A DNA stretch of 57,797 nt, counting the filler, from Sphacelaria rigidula (lineage: Eukaryota), in the NCBI GenBank assembly GCA_964200075.2. It is 8 parts of 8 records of this genome, joined end to end, with 100 filler letters (N's around TTAATTAATTAA, not from the genome) between each part and the next. Parts side by side here need not be neighbours in the genome. Positions count along the whole stretch, not along the records: positions 1 to 7,138 come from CAXNAA020016303.1; positions 7,239 to 14,376 come from CAXNAA020016304.1; 6 more parts are not named here. One strand, given 5' to 3'. Below the pieces are notes generated by a model. The model had not been told where the DNA came from and did not search any database. It saw only the letters and a program-made list of their open reading frames with translations. Below are positions 1 to 13,341 of this stretch, piece after piece (positions within the stretch are counted from its first letter, which is position 1; every line of letters starts with the position of its first letter). A program made the position numbers and the translations under genes.

Positions 1-3000
1 GGAGAAATATGAGGTGGGCCGGGACGAGGGGGGGCGGAGTGTGTTTCTGCTGTGGTGTCCACCCCCCCCCCCCCCCCCTGCGCGGATCAGCTCCGCGGTA
101 TCGCGAGAGACTACTGCTCTCGTGCTACACCGCATCCTACGTTACTGAGGTAACAAATGTAAAGTTGCGGTCATCATCTTTCAACTGCGAAAATCATCGA
201 TACTACCGAACTGACTGTTTTTGGAGGGTGGTAAAAAGCGTGACACTAAACCGCACGCAGCTCTGGATACCAACGACGAGGAACAAACTCGACGAAGAAT
301 TGTCAAGGAACAACCATCATGTTGCAGCTTTATATCGCGGTAACATGTCATGTGGACATCCTCGCCAGCATACGAACACCCAGGAGTCGTACCATGTCGG
401 TACAAATTCAAGTATGGCTCTTCGAAATGACGCACGTACGATCGCGGTTCTTGCGACAACTTCAGCGCTTCCCTGCACAACAGAGAGTGTTCGGCGCAAC
501 CAGCGACATCCTGGTCATCTGGAGTTCTTGCAGAAATCTATTGATTGTCACACTTATCGTGGCCAAGCGCTTTTCGTGGCCGGCAGCACCGTAGTTATCC
601 TGGCGATTACGCTAGGAGAGTTTGGGACCCGGTGCGACGCGAATGTACATGACAGATGGTGTCTGTAGGGTACGTGCCCCGCCCGTATCCTTTAGGCAAC
701 ACAGTTGCCGCTCGAAGGCGAGCTTTGGTCGCTACGATACGCTCATCGCCCACCTTGAGTATTTGATGGTATTCGCGCCAGTTTGCATCATTTCGAGGAG
801 TAGGGATCACCGAAGCACTCATCATGCTTCGGTTAGAAGGATGGAGCAGTTGGTGGTAGTATTTTTATCTCGTACAACTGGACGGGGGAAAATATAACGC
901 GTGGGCAGAGACGACAAAGAATCCCTGTATTTCGTCGACTATTAAGACCCGCGGTCGTAACGTCAGACTTTTGTCTCTCCATTTTCCGCGTGTGACGAAT
1001 GGAAGTGTAGCATAGAGCACCCATCATCTACGGATTGATGTTCATAGTAACAGAGGCTATAGGCTGCAGTTACTATGACCCGCGCCACTGAGGTAACAGA
1101 CACAAAGGAGCGTAGGATATTTGATGGAGTATGACCTTCAGTATATTTGTTCACCACGGGATGACCTGATGCACAAATAGTACCGACATAAACGGGACAC
1201 AGTACATTTTCGTTGTCCTGCCTGTTGCGAGGGGGTGGATTCAAACTAAGCAGTTACGTTGCTAGTGTGCGATCCATAAAGGAGAATCTTCGCGAAACCG
1301 CAATACGGTACGTTATCATCGTCCCTGTTTCCTCTCTTATCTTCCCCTCATTTCCATCTTTCGCAACCTTTTGGCGCGGACAATCAAGGCCTCCATAATT
1401 GGTAACTACGGTGCTGGTTGGGGATTGGAGAGCTAACTGTATAGCGGCGCGTGACGAAGATCGTGCACAGGTGTGTTAATCTCCTCGGTTTTCTATGTCG
1501 TATGTGCAGTACAGCGGTATGTGCCGCCCGGTATGGTGCAGGGTGCAATTGACGTGTTGGAGAAAGGACGCGAAAGAACGACAGGTGAGAGCAATATCCG
1601 CACAATCACTTGAACTTATCAGTGCGGACCTGCCATTTTCAAAGCCGACGACGGTGGTGCTGTAGAAGCAGCAACGCAAGGGCCTGCTCGGACTGGCTGA
1701 CCTCCAGACAGAGACTTACAGAGGGAGGAAAGGGGCGGGAGAGAGACGGCTTCTAGACAAGCCAGAGGTCTTATCATGCGCACGACCAGTACTGTGTGCG
1801 TGGCTGTTGGTTACATGCGTGAATTCCGCAAGTCAAGATGTGTTTGGTTGGATGGCTCAGAGTTGATGGTACGATCATGTCCTTCTCGTTCCGGGAAAGA
1901 CAGAAATCACGAAAAAATGGTCGTCACCAACAGTACCATCGCCTTACAGTGTACGGGTAAACCTGTACTTCTGCACGGACTACTGTTGTTGCATATCGTG
2001 CTGCATAGACATGCAGCAGCAGCCCGATGTTGATTGGATGGGCGCTTGCAACATGTTGGATTTGGTGCGGTACGTTGGGATGTTCGTTAGCAGCAAGCAC
2101 TCTGGTACTTCACCGACACCGGGGTCATGTTGGATTTGACATCAGGGAGTGAGTGCACACCCACATTTCAGCACAGTTCTGGTACCCGTAATCCAAACAG
2201 TGGATCTAGTGTGCATGTATTTCGCATTTGTCTCCCCAACTCGTGACAACTCGTGAAACTTGTACTAGCAGGTGACTGTTAAACGTGACTGTTTGATTTC
2301 GCCGCGTCCGCGAAGGGCAGAGCTGTAATCAGCATGTCTAAACACTGGATGATTTGGCACTTGCGGGGATAGAACTGAGAGATCTGTTGAATGAGTCATT
2401 GATTATCGCACATCAACTGGTCCCGACCCAGCGGTGGTCAAAAGACACAGTAGACGGTAGACGGACCTAGGGTGAAATAACGGAAATGCTTGCTATAGAG
2501 GAAGGGCGATGGAGAAAAGCAAAAGAATGGAACAAACAGGGGACACTAAGGAAAAACAGCAAAAACAAGCAGAAAAGGGGGCGAGAAGGAACGAGGGAAA
2601 GCTAGGAAATATATATATATATATATATTATGGCCCCGGAGGGCCGAAAAACAAAAAATTACCTGCCAATTTTTTTCAAGCCAAAAGTTGGCTAAATCGT
2701 GCGCAGGACGGAAGACACGCCAAAGAGAAGACTGTGTAAGCATCTCGCATGGTTTGACGCCTGTTGCGCTATTCTCGACGTAATTTCACCACGCGGTCAG
2801 CGCACTAGTCAACCTCTCAACCTGCAATAGTAAGGTAATCAGAGTGTCGCGGGTCGTCGCCAAATCGTGTCTAATGTGGCGGAGAATATGACTTGGATCA
2901 AGTTATGCCAGTCCTTGATCACTTGGTTACAGTATGCCAACCTCAAACCAGCACAACATTATGCTAGAGGGAGGTGGGTGCCTTACGGGGGTTTTCGTGG

Positions 3001-4431
3001 TGAAGGCCAGGTGCTGGTAGACGGTATGTCATGTTCCACTTGTACAAGAGTTGGAGTACTCAAGGTTTATATAGGAGTTAGTATCGCATTATTGGAGGGA
3101 GAATGGTCCCCTGGTTTCCTACTCCCCGTCCGAGAAGTCGAAGTTGAAAGAGTTGGAGCGTCGGCTAAGAAAATGAAGCAACTCATAGAAGCTGTCATCA
3201 ACACGCAAGATCAGTACGCTCCGGGCCGAACAATCTTGGCAGGATGCAGCTTCACCCTTCATGCGATTCGCCGAACATATAACGGCACTTGGCGCTTGGT
3301 GATTTGATGGATTTCTCAACCTAGATATTATCGAAAAGCAGTAAGCTGCACGCCGACAGCCGGAGCATGCTGACCTATCGTAAAGATCTAACGACGAGAT
3401 GTTTTCATCCCAAGACGAGATTTTTCCAACTGCAGTACTGTATCGACGCAACTCTCTGGCTGCGCGTGGCTCGTGTCCGCCGAAAACGGCCTAGCGCGTC
3501 CCAAGATTTGAAGAACCCATCTCCGGGGAGGGAAAAGGGGGGGTATTCTGCGCTCCCTATGGTATGTAGTTTAGAGTTACAAATTTGAATTTACAAAGTC
3601 CCGAACCCTGCAGTGAACATAAATCCTGACCCTTAACCTCACTCTTTACCACCGTGCACAGTAGGTTTTGAGCCGTTTTCTTCAGGGGTAACAATACCCG
3701 ATAAATTGAACCCTGACCTGTCTAACCCCACCATCAACCGTACCCAACACCCCCAACAACAGTCCCGATCTCTTCCTTGAGCGTCCGTTAGTGACACTTG
3801 AGCGGTATGACTTTGTTCTACCCGTGCTCTGCCTCGATTGTCGTCGCAATAGAGCGCCGCGTTCAGTAAGTCTCCGGCGAGGACATTTCCCCACAATACA
3901 GATAGCACTGAGAAGCCAAGCGCTTGTCATCGAAGAAGCCCCGATTACCCGGTGTATTGGTGGCAAGAATGTCCACCTTTTTCCCCCCTGGAATCGAGGT
4001 TCCGCACTCGCAAAATATTCCTGTGATGGAAGATTTTCCCCAGATCTTTCTCACGGCAACGCCAGCGATGGCGTGATAGTCGCAGATTTCGAATAGATCG
4101 AAGTGCAGGCAAATCCCACTACTATTTGAGACAAAGGAGATGTCTCCCTTGATACATCATTCGAGATTTGAGAGTCAGGACATAACGATTTCCATCGTAG
4201 GTATGAATCGACCAAATTACGTCATTAGTCGGACGGGGGGAGTGAGATAGGTCCATGTGACCCAACACGAACAAAACGCCGTCATCTCTGTAATGAAGAA
4301 AAAATCTCGCCGGTACGATCTCTCGCTCGTGTCCATGCTACACCCACCGGAGACAATGCTTTGTCTCGAAAACTGGAACTACTCTGGAGCAGATCTTCAC
4401 GCCGGGGAGGAAGGGATGCGGGGTAGGGGAT

Positions 4432-4581
4432 GCGTAGTCATTCGTTGCTTGCCTTAGTCATTTGACCATTGACCACGCATTCCTTGCGGGACGGAGCAGT
4501 GTGGGGGGGGGGGGCGTACTCATTTGTTGCTTGCCTTAGTCGTTCGACCATTGACCACGGATTCCTTTCGAGACGGAGCAC
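4432..4581. repeat. Two tandem ~82-bp units of a dispersed poly-G-associated short repeat
   Basis: Units start at 4432 and 4514 (GCGTA.TCATT.GTTGCTTGCCTTAGTC...GACCATTGACCACG). Related copies at ~35975-36087, and inverted at ~21714-21780, ~41655-41700 and ~57360-57425. Confidence 0.8.
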
Positions 4582-7138
4582 GAGGGTGGGAAGGAATTCG
4601 TTCTTCGTCGTGTACGGTATCCCTCCCTCATTCCACTATGCAAGGAGTCAATCGATATGTTTCATGTCGACGCGCTGTCCTCACCATGGTGAACGGGTGT
4701 TGGGCATAGTATCTGACAATATGTCAATGTTATCGTTGCATATTTCCTGTACTTGCCCGTGCACAACATAGTGATCCTTTCGTGGTGAAGAGCAAGAGAA
4801 GGGATGATTTCTATGAAGAAACAAAAGTGGTGAAATCTATACATATCCGCTGTTCGCGTATATATTGTGCCAATATGTTGTTCCGAGATTGAAAAGTGAT
4901 CAGGCTCAGCCGTGCTTCATGGTCATGGAGTACAGCTTGCTCTCACACTACCGTCTTACTCTATCTTCGTCCTTTCTGTTTCGTAGACTAGATCATGTGA
5001 TATTCCACACATCAGCCACCAGTCCGCTTCTGGTAAAGTTAGCATGCAGTGCTCCCCTGCACTGAATGTAGAATGGTGCTTCCATATATACTACGGTAGT
5101 ATGTACCTACTCCTGCGTCGGGGACCCTGCGAACGCAGCGGTGTAGACAGTGTCAGCTCCATAGGTACAGGATGAAAACTCTTGCAGGTCCACACCAGCA
5201 TATGTTGCACACCCCCACGTGGAGCGTTCGAATCGTTTTTTCACACCCATCAGGGTATTTAGTCTTGTTTGCTCCCTCTGCTCCCCCCCCGTCCGTTGCG
5301 CCGTCATAGTCGTCCAGGCATGGTATTGTGAATACCCGCTGTCGAACGCTTTCGGCCACTGTCCAGTAACTTTTCCGCGGCCGTGCATCGCGGGAAGAGA
5401 GATCCCGCGGTGGGAACAGCCGTCACCGATATTCATTTTATACGCCCTTGAAACGGCAGCGGCGTCCAGGTGGCCGCGGCCGCACAAATTGTTTCGTCCG
5501 CCAGTGGCAGCAACCGAGGCACACACTGTCTGGGAGAATCGAGGAAAATAACACCCAACTGGTTATCTCGAGGGGCGCTGTAATGTCGGTAGTTGGGGGG
5601 GTTGGGGGCACCGCCCGTGGAGGCCAAAGCGACGCTGATGTCGGTGGCGAGGATGGTGAAGCTGGACACAGGAATGCGGTGGTTGCTGCCGTCGCCGACC
5701 CCTCTAGAAGGATTGGCGACCTAGGGAGGCTTCGCAGAGATAAACGACACGCTACTGGCGGGGGGAGGAAAGCGGGTGGTGCTAAGGATTCTGACAATGA
5801 AGAGGTGTGCAATCGCGAGTGACAGTTCTTGTCAAATATACGTTCTCATCGGTGGAGATGCGATGCGGTGTTATCCCTTTGGTGTGTTGCAGCGGTAGGA
5901 GGGCAAAAGTTGTGGCCGAGCGGGTGGTTTGTGGTAGCGCCTGCTATACTGCTGTGTGTCCTGTGTGCTGTGGTATGCCGCTGCGTTGCGGTGTCGTTTC
6001 TGCGCAGCATACAGTATCCGCATGCTCCGTAACAAGATTGTACACATGGAGCAGCTCGTGAGGTACCCAAATATTCTTCTTATTGGTGTACTGATCCGGA
6101 TCATAAGCTAACTCATTTGGCTCCTTTTCACATGTTTGCTCCCTGCTACGCTCGACGCCGAGCACGTGGAGCAGAGCAAAGGTAGCGCGTAGGCTTCGTG
6201 GCCCCTGCCGTCACTTGTTTTCTGTGCTTGATCGACAGATCTGGGAGCCCTCTTCGATTTGTCATATTAGGTAGTTCATGATCTATCCGACGTTTGTAAA
6301 GTTTTGACGTTCACCAGCTGTATACGCTTCGCCATTGTGTACCACGTCGTGTGTAAACCGTGCTCGTAGACGGTGGATACGGCCCATCTCACCCAGGATA
6401 GAGGGCGTGGAGGTTTAAACTGGGCCGCGTAAGAGGCTTATTTTCTTTCAGCCCGTTCTAACTGACGATGTATCGCGAGTTGTGCCTCCTATGACACATC
6501 GTGGTAATCGGCAAACCAGCGCGCGTCTTCAAGTCCATGTAGCACTGCGATCCGACAAGGCCTCATCAAACGAAATACCAAACTCTAGTCAAGTGCCGAA
6601 ATGTAGAGAGTTAAGGGTATCATATGCGGCGGAATGAGCCGAAAAAACGACTGAAATCGTATTCTCGGTTATAGTCGGTTGTGCCGCGTGGTGCCGCACA
6701 AGCTACAACTGCACAACACACGTTGCACTACTCGCGCAGTCTCTAAGAATGCACGCAGACGAGGCCCCCAGCGCGCCAAGGCGTCTGGTAGTAGTGTGCG
6801 AACCAACGAGCAGTTTGTGAAGACCTCTGAGCCGAAAGTAGAAGACAAGTCCATTTCCAGAGAATGACGCGATTCCCGAGCTCACTCTCGAGTCGTTCAC
6901 GATAAAATTTTGACACGATGTACAGGAAGTATATGCGATTATCCCTTCTTTCCTCTCGCGTTTTTTTCTTTTTCTTTCTGAGTTATTGGCAGCGGAAATT
7001 TCCCAAACAGTATTTTCGGAACAAAAATGCCAATAACTCACGAAGACAAGGAAAAAGAACAGGGGGGGGGGGGGGGGGGGGAAAAAGGGGGTTTCAAAAA
7101 AAAATTAAAATTTACCAGCAAAATTTGGGTTTGATTTT

Positions 7139-7238
7139 NNNNNNNNNNNNNNNNNNNNNNNNNNNNNNNNNNNNNNNNNNNNTTAATTAATTAANNNNNN
7201 NNNNNNNNNNNNNNNNNNNNNNNNNNNNNNNNNNNNNN
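7139..7238. other. Artificial contig linker (N44-TTAATTAATTAA-N44)
   Basis: 100-bp block with a six-frame-stop 12-mer; identical at 7 positions about 7237 bp apart. Confidence 0.97.
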
Positions 7239-7590
7239 ACACGGGCGAGGAGCTTCCTCTCTGTCGTTGCTTCTCTCTGTGGTGATATCGTCATCGACAG
7301 GCGTGTACGCCGCATTCGTTGGGTGCACCTACCCAGAGTTGCTTAACCCTTGGACCGTGGTGCCGGTAGTCCATCTGGACCACGTGTACTTTTTCGAAGT
7401 GAATATTGATGCCGATTCAGCAGGTAACCTACTCTTCTCGCGGTCAACGGTTAACTCCTCCTGCGGAGTTTTGGGGAGGAAGATACTTCCGCTCTGTGTT
7501 ACTGTTTCGTATCTTCCCTGCAATAGAGAAGTGCGACGTCAACCTCATTTTTTGTTTCAACCTCAAAAATTAGGATCGGCTGTTACAAGG
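7239..7590. repeat. Dispersed non-coding repeat module X
   Basis: Aligns by eye with 14477-14695 (same strand), 15800-16040 (inverted) and partly with 44190-44280. Confidence 0.8.
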
Positions 7591-8599
7591 TGATGCATTC
7601 GCAGGTTGAGGATAATTGTTTTTGTGCGATTTCGAGTCACAGCGTTTCCAGGGGTCGGTCTGCTTGATTGACAACCGTGCCTCTTGCACTGTGGCGGTGG
7701 GAGGTGGGTTGATAAGTGCGGTTTCGCTCTTTGACTAGCCTTGCTGGTGACATATAATGCACACTGGAGGCTAATTTTGCGTTTCGCTGGCTCCTACAAC
7801 CCTCTCAACTCTCGAATAACTGTGCACAAATGACCCATACGTTTCACCTACTGAAGCGTTCTTCGGTTCCTCTTGTATGGGATGGTGTCGCCAGTGCTGA
7901 GGCAGTGTGCTGTGCACGTCAAAGTGCTCTGCACCCGTAGTTTCATATCACTTCGTTGACACCATTGTGAACTAAGCTTCGCAAGGGGTGGGGCAGTAAA
8001 GTTACGGGTCCCGAAGAAGGACGTTGTCGTACCCTGCTGCCGAAGGATCTCCAGAGCGAGTCTCGTTCTTGTCATTTGGGCAATGATGCGACCGTGGTTA
8101 AGGGTACGCTAGAAGAACGAGTGAACGGGTAGGTGCGGCTATATCGGTCCTGTTCAACCAGGATTCATGCGGAGACTCTTGTTATACTGAGTTATTATAC
8201 CGGAGATCCCGTTGCCTAGGTTTGCTAAAAATTCAGTTTCACAGGTTTGAACATTTCGAGTCCGCTCATGTGTGTCACTGGCGGGCTCCGTTCCTGTGAC
8301 TGTTTCTCCGACTTACAGGTGTATTTGGATGCCACTACGCTCATACATACATGGCCTCCATAGTAGATTTCATTTAAAAAAAAACGATCGGACATCGTTA
8401 AGGGCCCGTACAACTTTAGGTACCTTCACTTATGGGACAGAGGAAGTGTGCCGTTTTGGCCCTTCTCTTCCGTTTGCCCGAAAATAGGATTGGGGGGGGG
8501 CTGACACCTTGAAATGACTTGCGTCATACACCGATCCAGACAACGTTGATAATTTCCGCACAGATGTGTTTTTGGTCCACACTATATTTCCAATAATTT

Positions 8600-8880
8600 C
8601 CAACAATGTTTTCATGATATTGAGAGTGAAAAGCGGTCAAGTAGCAAATGAATCGTTTCAGTTCCGAGATACCCCTGCACGAGGCCCAATATGCTTTCTG
8701 TAGTAACTTGCCACGGAGGCCCTTGGTATCTTCAAGTAGGATATCGACTGGTAGCTGTAAGCCCACGCCAGTGATGGAGGTAAAAAAAAGCACACCCGGG
8801 AAAAAAATTGGCGCAGTTGAAGCGAATGATCCGAGCCACTCTCAGTGAGCGCTCTACTCTCAATCTCACAAAAACGCTGT
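8600..8880. repeat. Dispersed repeat with imperfect inverted ends (CTCTCAAT.TCA motif)
   Basis: Reverse complement of 8620-8700 matches ~43735-43815; CTCTACTCTCAATCTCAC occurs at 8852 and 43822; 8600-8640 and 8845-8880 are imperfect inverted copies. Confidence 0.6.
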
Positions 8881-11617
8881 TTTCCATGTTTCAAGGTGAC
8901 GGAGAGGCAACGAACTTTCATCACCAGTGTCTTTAGACTGACTGGCATTATCACTATATACCTAAATCCTTGTACACAGCTAAGGATAGCATCACTGTAC
9001 CCACGCATGCTGTACCAAGCTCATTGCAACTGCCCTGTGTAACCCTGGAGTAACATTGACAATGAACCCAAGTCTGGACACGATCCGATGTCCTCTGTTG
9101 GCTGAGCGTCAAACAAAATAATGGGCTCGTGGAAGGAAATTACCCACTCCCTCTGGTCGCTAACGCACGACTCAGGACGCAAACTACCCCTTGTCATCCG
9201 GACTAGTGGTGTGTAGCGTAGCAGTGTGCAGCGAGAGCAATATTCAGCCACATTTCGGGAGGCCGGAGTGCGGAATGACCATCAGGTACGCACAATCGGG
9301 ACTTTGCCGCCACTGCTCAGGGACATGAACACAGAAAGGAAGGTGAGTCGTGAGTATAGAAATACTTGCAATTGTCGCCATCACACCATGAACCAGAGCA
9401 AGCACAACTCGAGTGAATTACACATTGCAGCACAGAAGCGTTAGGGGGGGGCAGCAAATGCCAACGAAACTAACGGACAAACCAAAAGTGGGATGTACAC
9501 GTCACGGTAAGTTAAACGGACTTGCAGTGAATCTTGACGGGGGCCCAAGCACGCAAAAGTGTGCAAGCTACTGCTACCAAGAGAATACAGCACGTTTTTA
9601 TAGCGCTGCCAACAGTACGAACAGAACGGCCTTCCTGCACCGCGAAAAGGGGGTGATACCGCGACCGCGACCAAACCACGACGCTGCCAACGTTCGCGAC
9701 AAATTTTACAGTCTCCCATAGAGATGGCAATCGCTCGCGTACGTGTCATCTTGTCGTGGAAGGCCGTCCAGACAAATACATGCTATCGTAACAGCACTTG
9801 TTCTCAACACCACTGCTGCTGCATGTTGCCAGTCCTGCGCATCAGTCGGGGAGATCTCACAAGGCCGCGGAAGCAACAAATAACACTCGAGCAAAAAATA
9901 TCCACAACAGAAACATGACGGCGCGGGGTAAAAAAGGAGGCCTGTCACTCGCAACTGCAATGCAACAAGTGCCGGGAGGAAGCAGAGAAATGGCAAAAGA
10001 CACCAGCAATCACGCCCGCAAGACAGGAGAGGACACTTCATAGCACAACACTACATGAACTTCATTCAAGGGTTAACAGCGCCCTTTCACCAAAGAGGAA
10101 TGCCGTTCTTCTTTACAAACCCCAGTCGCGCTCATTCACCACAACAAACCTTTCGCGCCCCCTCTCCCTTCCCCGGGCGCTTGAATTCTTTCACACACAG
10201 ACCACGCTATGACATGATATGACCGTGCGCGATCACGGTATATTTATTATATATGAAGTATCAAGCAAACACGAGAAAACATCGCCAGAAGTTGACGCGT
10301 GGTGATTATGAGTATATATATGGTATAAATGGACAGCAGCGACCAGCGGCCGCTTCAGGAAGCAAAATCGAAAAGGAAAAGAAAAACACCGCATCCGGGA
10401 TCCTAGTTACACTAGACTCAGGTGACAACCATCGAACAACGAAGGGTGTGTGGCCTTTGCATGGCCTTGGTGCTTTGAATAAGAGAAGTGCTGGCGATGA
10501 TGCTAGTTGTCATGCTGGCTCATTTTTCATCTTCGTCCCTCGACGTCGGGGTTAGTGGGGATCGGCAGCTGCACCCTCTCTCCGTTCGCATACCTGGAAC
10601 GGCAGAAATTCCACGCAGGAATAAGTATTCAGAAATGAGTATCTCATGAACCATGTGCAATGCCTCGTTACGCAAAAGCATCAGCACACCAGAGGGAAGT
10701 AGACTTCGCAATGAAGGCTGCGGGGCATGGAACTGGAGGCCACGTGAGCGTGCCTCTACATACACGAACTTGCCCAGATGTGAGTCACCCGGATCCTCTT
10801 AAGCGTACGGGTTTGCCATATGCACCGTGTTTAGTAGGAAATAGTTCACGGCGTCGGCCATCTAACTGAAGTGAATATCTAATTGAACCGAGCATCTAGT
10901 TGAACCGATCATCCTTGGAGAGGGTTACGGATAGGTTTATGTACGTATGCATCGTGAGAAACGGTTCAAGGATTGAAAGGACATGAAACTATTATAATAA
11001 CTAATAACTCATGATGAAAAAATAACTTCAACGTGTCACCATAAAGTACCACCAGCAATACGCGGACTACGTCGCAATCAGAAATCTTCTTCAGAATACA
11101 ACGATCATCGCTGGGACAAGCGTGAGTCCATCCTTCGAAGGCACGTAATAGAAGTATGAACCTCATAGCGTTTGCGATAACGTCAAACCGAGCGTGAGCC
11201 CGTCCTCCAAGGACACGTCGAGAGGATCTATTTCCACAGTGTTCAGTGTTTTGGTGACGCCAAAACAAACACCGGGAAAAAACAAACAGCTCCCGCGGCA
11301 ACAGAGGTAACGAATTCATGAAGTAGCAAAAAGGAAAAACATACGGGGTATCCCAAGCATCGGTTGGTACACGTGGTATCCGTTCTGCTTAGCGCGCTAC
11401 TACGCGCTGCTCTTCCGAATAGATTCCACAGGAACTGATTTTGGCACCAGAAAGCAAACTTTGTTCTGCGTGATGCCCACAGAGCATGCCGCACTAGACC
11501 GTCGCGTGCAACATGTCGAGGATCACACAGAGATACAAATCAAACAAACGATTCCTCCGCTGTGCAAGCTGCAGATAATCATGACACCATCACCAAAATG
11601 TATGTCGATTGTGTCAT

Positions 11618-11701
11618 TCACCTCACGACCAATATGGCCACACCCGTCGTCACAGCGATCCCCACGAGCACGATGGCAGCCCACAGCACGTCGATGAACA
11701 T
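11618..11701 (-). CDS. Putative terminal exon encoding a C-terminal transmembrane helix (unknown protein)
   Basis: CAG acceptor, then MFIDVLWAAIVLVGIAVTTGVAILVVR-stop; phase 0, compatible with exon 12301-12453. Confidence 0.4.
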   Translation of the reverse strand: MFIDVLWAAIVLVGIAVTTGVAILVVR

Positions 11702-12300
11702 CTGCCCCCCCCCCTCAAATCCCTGCCCCAGTCGAAACATGACACAACGAGAAGGAAAAGCACAGCTCATGATACACTCGAAATAAAGTGGCGATCACAC
11801 AACTCGCACAACAGCGCTTCGTTGACCGATTGACCCCTTGTGGCACATGAACATACTTCCATCACCTACGAATTCAACCGTGGACAAGCTAGACCAACTC
11901 AGAGTATGCGACAAGCAACAACACCACCGCAACTAGAGAAAAATGCATTTGAAAACTACGGGTGCGAGAGGACCGTATGTCGGCGTATCGTGAGTCGCAA
12001 CGCACAAGCACCACGAGGAAAACACAGAGGAACACAAAAGATCGGATTCAAGGACTAATTTTTGGCGCTCGCGGAGTGCGACCCGAGTGAAAACACGTGT
12101 ACACAGCGTCGAAACTGTCAAAAACCATCGAAAACAGCTCATCCTAAATAAAAGGTCATCATGGCTACAAACCCCGCCAGAACCCCCCATCGAATACTCC
12201 CAAATATTGTCTCGTTCTCTTCCAATCCAAACGCTTGACGTGCCATTTTCCTACCCAACCTCTGCGCACCGGCATGCTTGTTCATTGCCTATGCTCTCAC

Positions 12301-12453
12301 CTGTCGAGAAACCTTATGCTCCTTGAACACCATCTGGTACGGCCCTTTTGCATTGTTCCGCTGCCCCTCCAGCATCGGGTGATTGGAATCTGCCAGGAAA
12401 TCTTGATCGTCCACTTCTACAGATGATATGGCTCCGGAACTCGTAAAATCCGC
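12301..12453 (-). CDS. Putative internal exon (unknown protein)
   Basis: ACACAG acceptor and CAG|GTGAGA donor; 51 open codons ADFTSSGAISSVEVDDQDFLADSNHPMLEGQRNNAKGPYQMVFKEHKVSRQ. Confidence 0.4.
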
Positions 12454-13341
12454 CTGTGTGTCCCATGTCGGCAGGATGTGTGTTTGGTTTGTGTGTTTGC
12501 GCGCCCGCAAGCAAAACTTGGCGATATCGCATCCCTTGATGCGTGTCATTTTCCACGCTCGACTTTCTCGAGAAGCAAAATCCTGAACTCGTGGAGGAGT
12601 AGGCTTATCGACAAATCTCGACAAAACTTTGCCCACAATGAAACTAAATGTCGGTGGCACAAGCCCGCCGTCATTCTCCACAAAGTCAAGCCCGAAAAAT
12701 TATATTGAGAGGGTGACAATCGGGTTTCACGGCTTTTGTGAGATAAAACAGTTTTTGGCTTTGGTTTTTGATACAGACATAACCACACTGTTGTGTGTGT
12801 GAGCCTGCACAGTACTACGCGGTCTTTTCCCCAGGGGTCACAGCATGTTGCTTGTCTTGGTATGTGTTCATCAATATCCAGTTTCTTGCCGGGGGTCTCA
12901 TGAGAGCCTAGGCCTGTCGTCACTTAATCCACGCTTGACACTCTCTGGAAATGCCATACCCTACAAAATCGGAACGCACGACCCTGCGCAGATCAGCTAC
13001 CGCAATCTACCCGCGGGTAAGTGCACACTGGCTGAGCTCAAATGGGCGTGCGAGACGCTACTTCAAGCAAAAAGTGTGCACAGTACTCACGCTGGCGAGC
13101 AGCTGAGATTGTCCAGCTTCGACAACACTCCAGTCTTAGTCTCCGCACTCGAAACCGATCAAAATATTTCGATGACGAGCTGACGTGAACTCTGTCGATA
13201 TTTTGTGGCCACAGACATGGCTTGTCATGGGGAGAAAAACCCACGTGAAATCTCACGGGACGGGAATTCCACGTCCCGTTCCATCGTTTTTGGTGATGGG
13301 AAAACATTCCCGTCCACTTCGCTCTTCGCAGGGCGACTCTC

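Noticed and set aside
9-4200. ORFs 9-668, 2867-3307 and 3791-4096 as genes or viral/transposase remnants
   Set aside because: I recognise no motif and frames are interrupted. They may be very old decayed coding sequence, but only BLASTX/HMM searches could support that.
5318-5822. GC-rich possible exon ending ...DSDNEE|GT
   Set aside because: No single open frame runs from the best acceptor (5317) to the donor, and there is no recognisable domain.
7183-7194. TTAATTAATTAA as a biological site (piggyBac target or recombination site)
   Set aside because: Always centred in N runs; it is a standard six-frame-stop assembly spacer.
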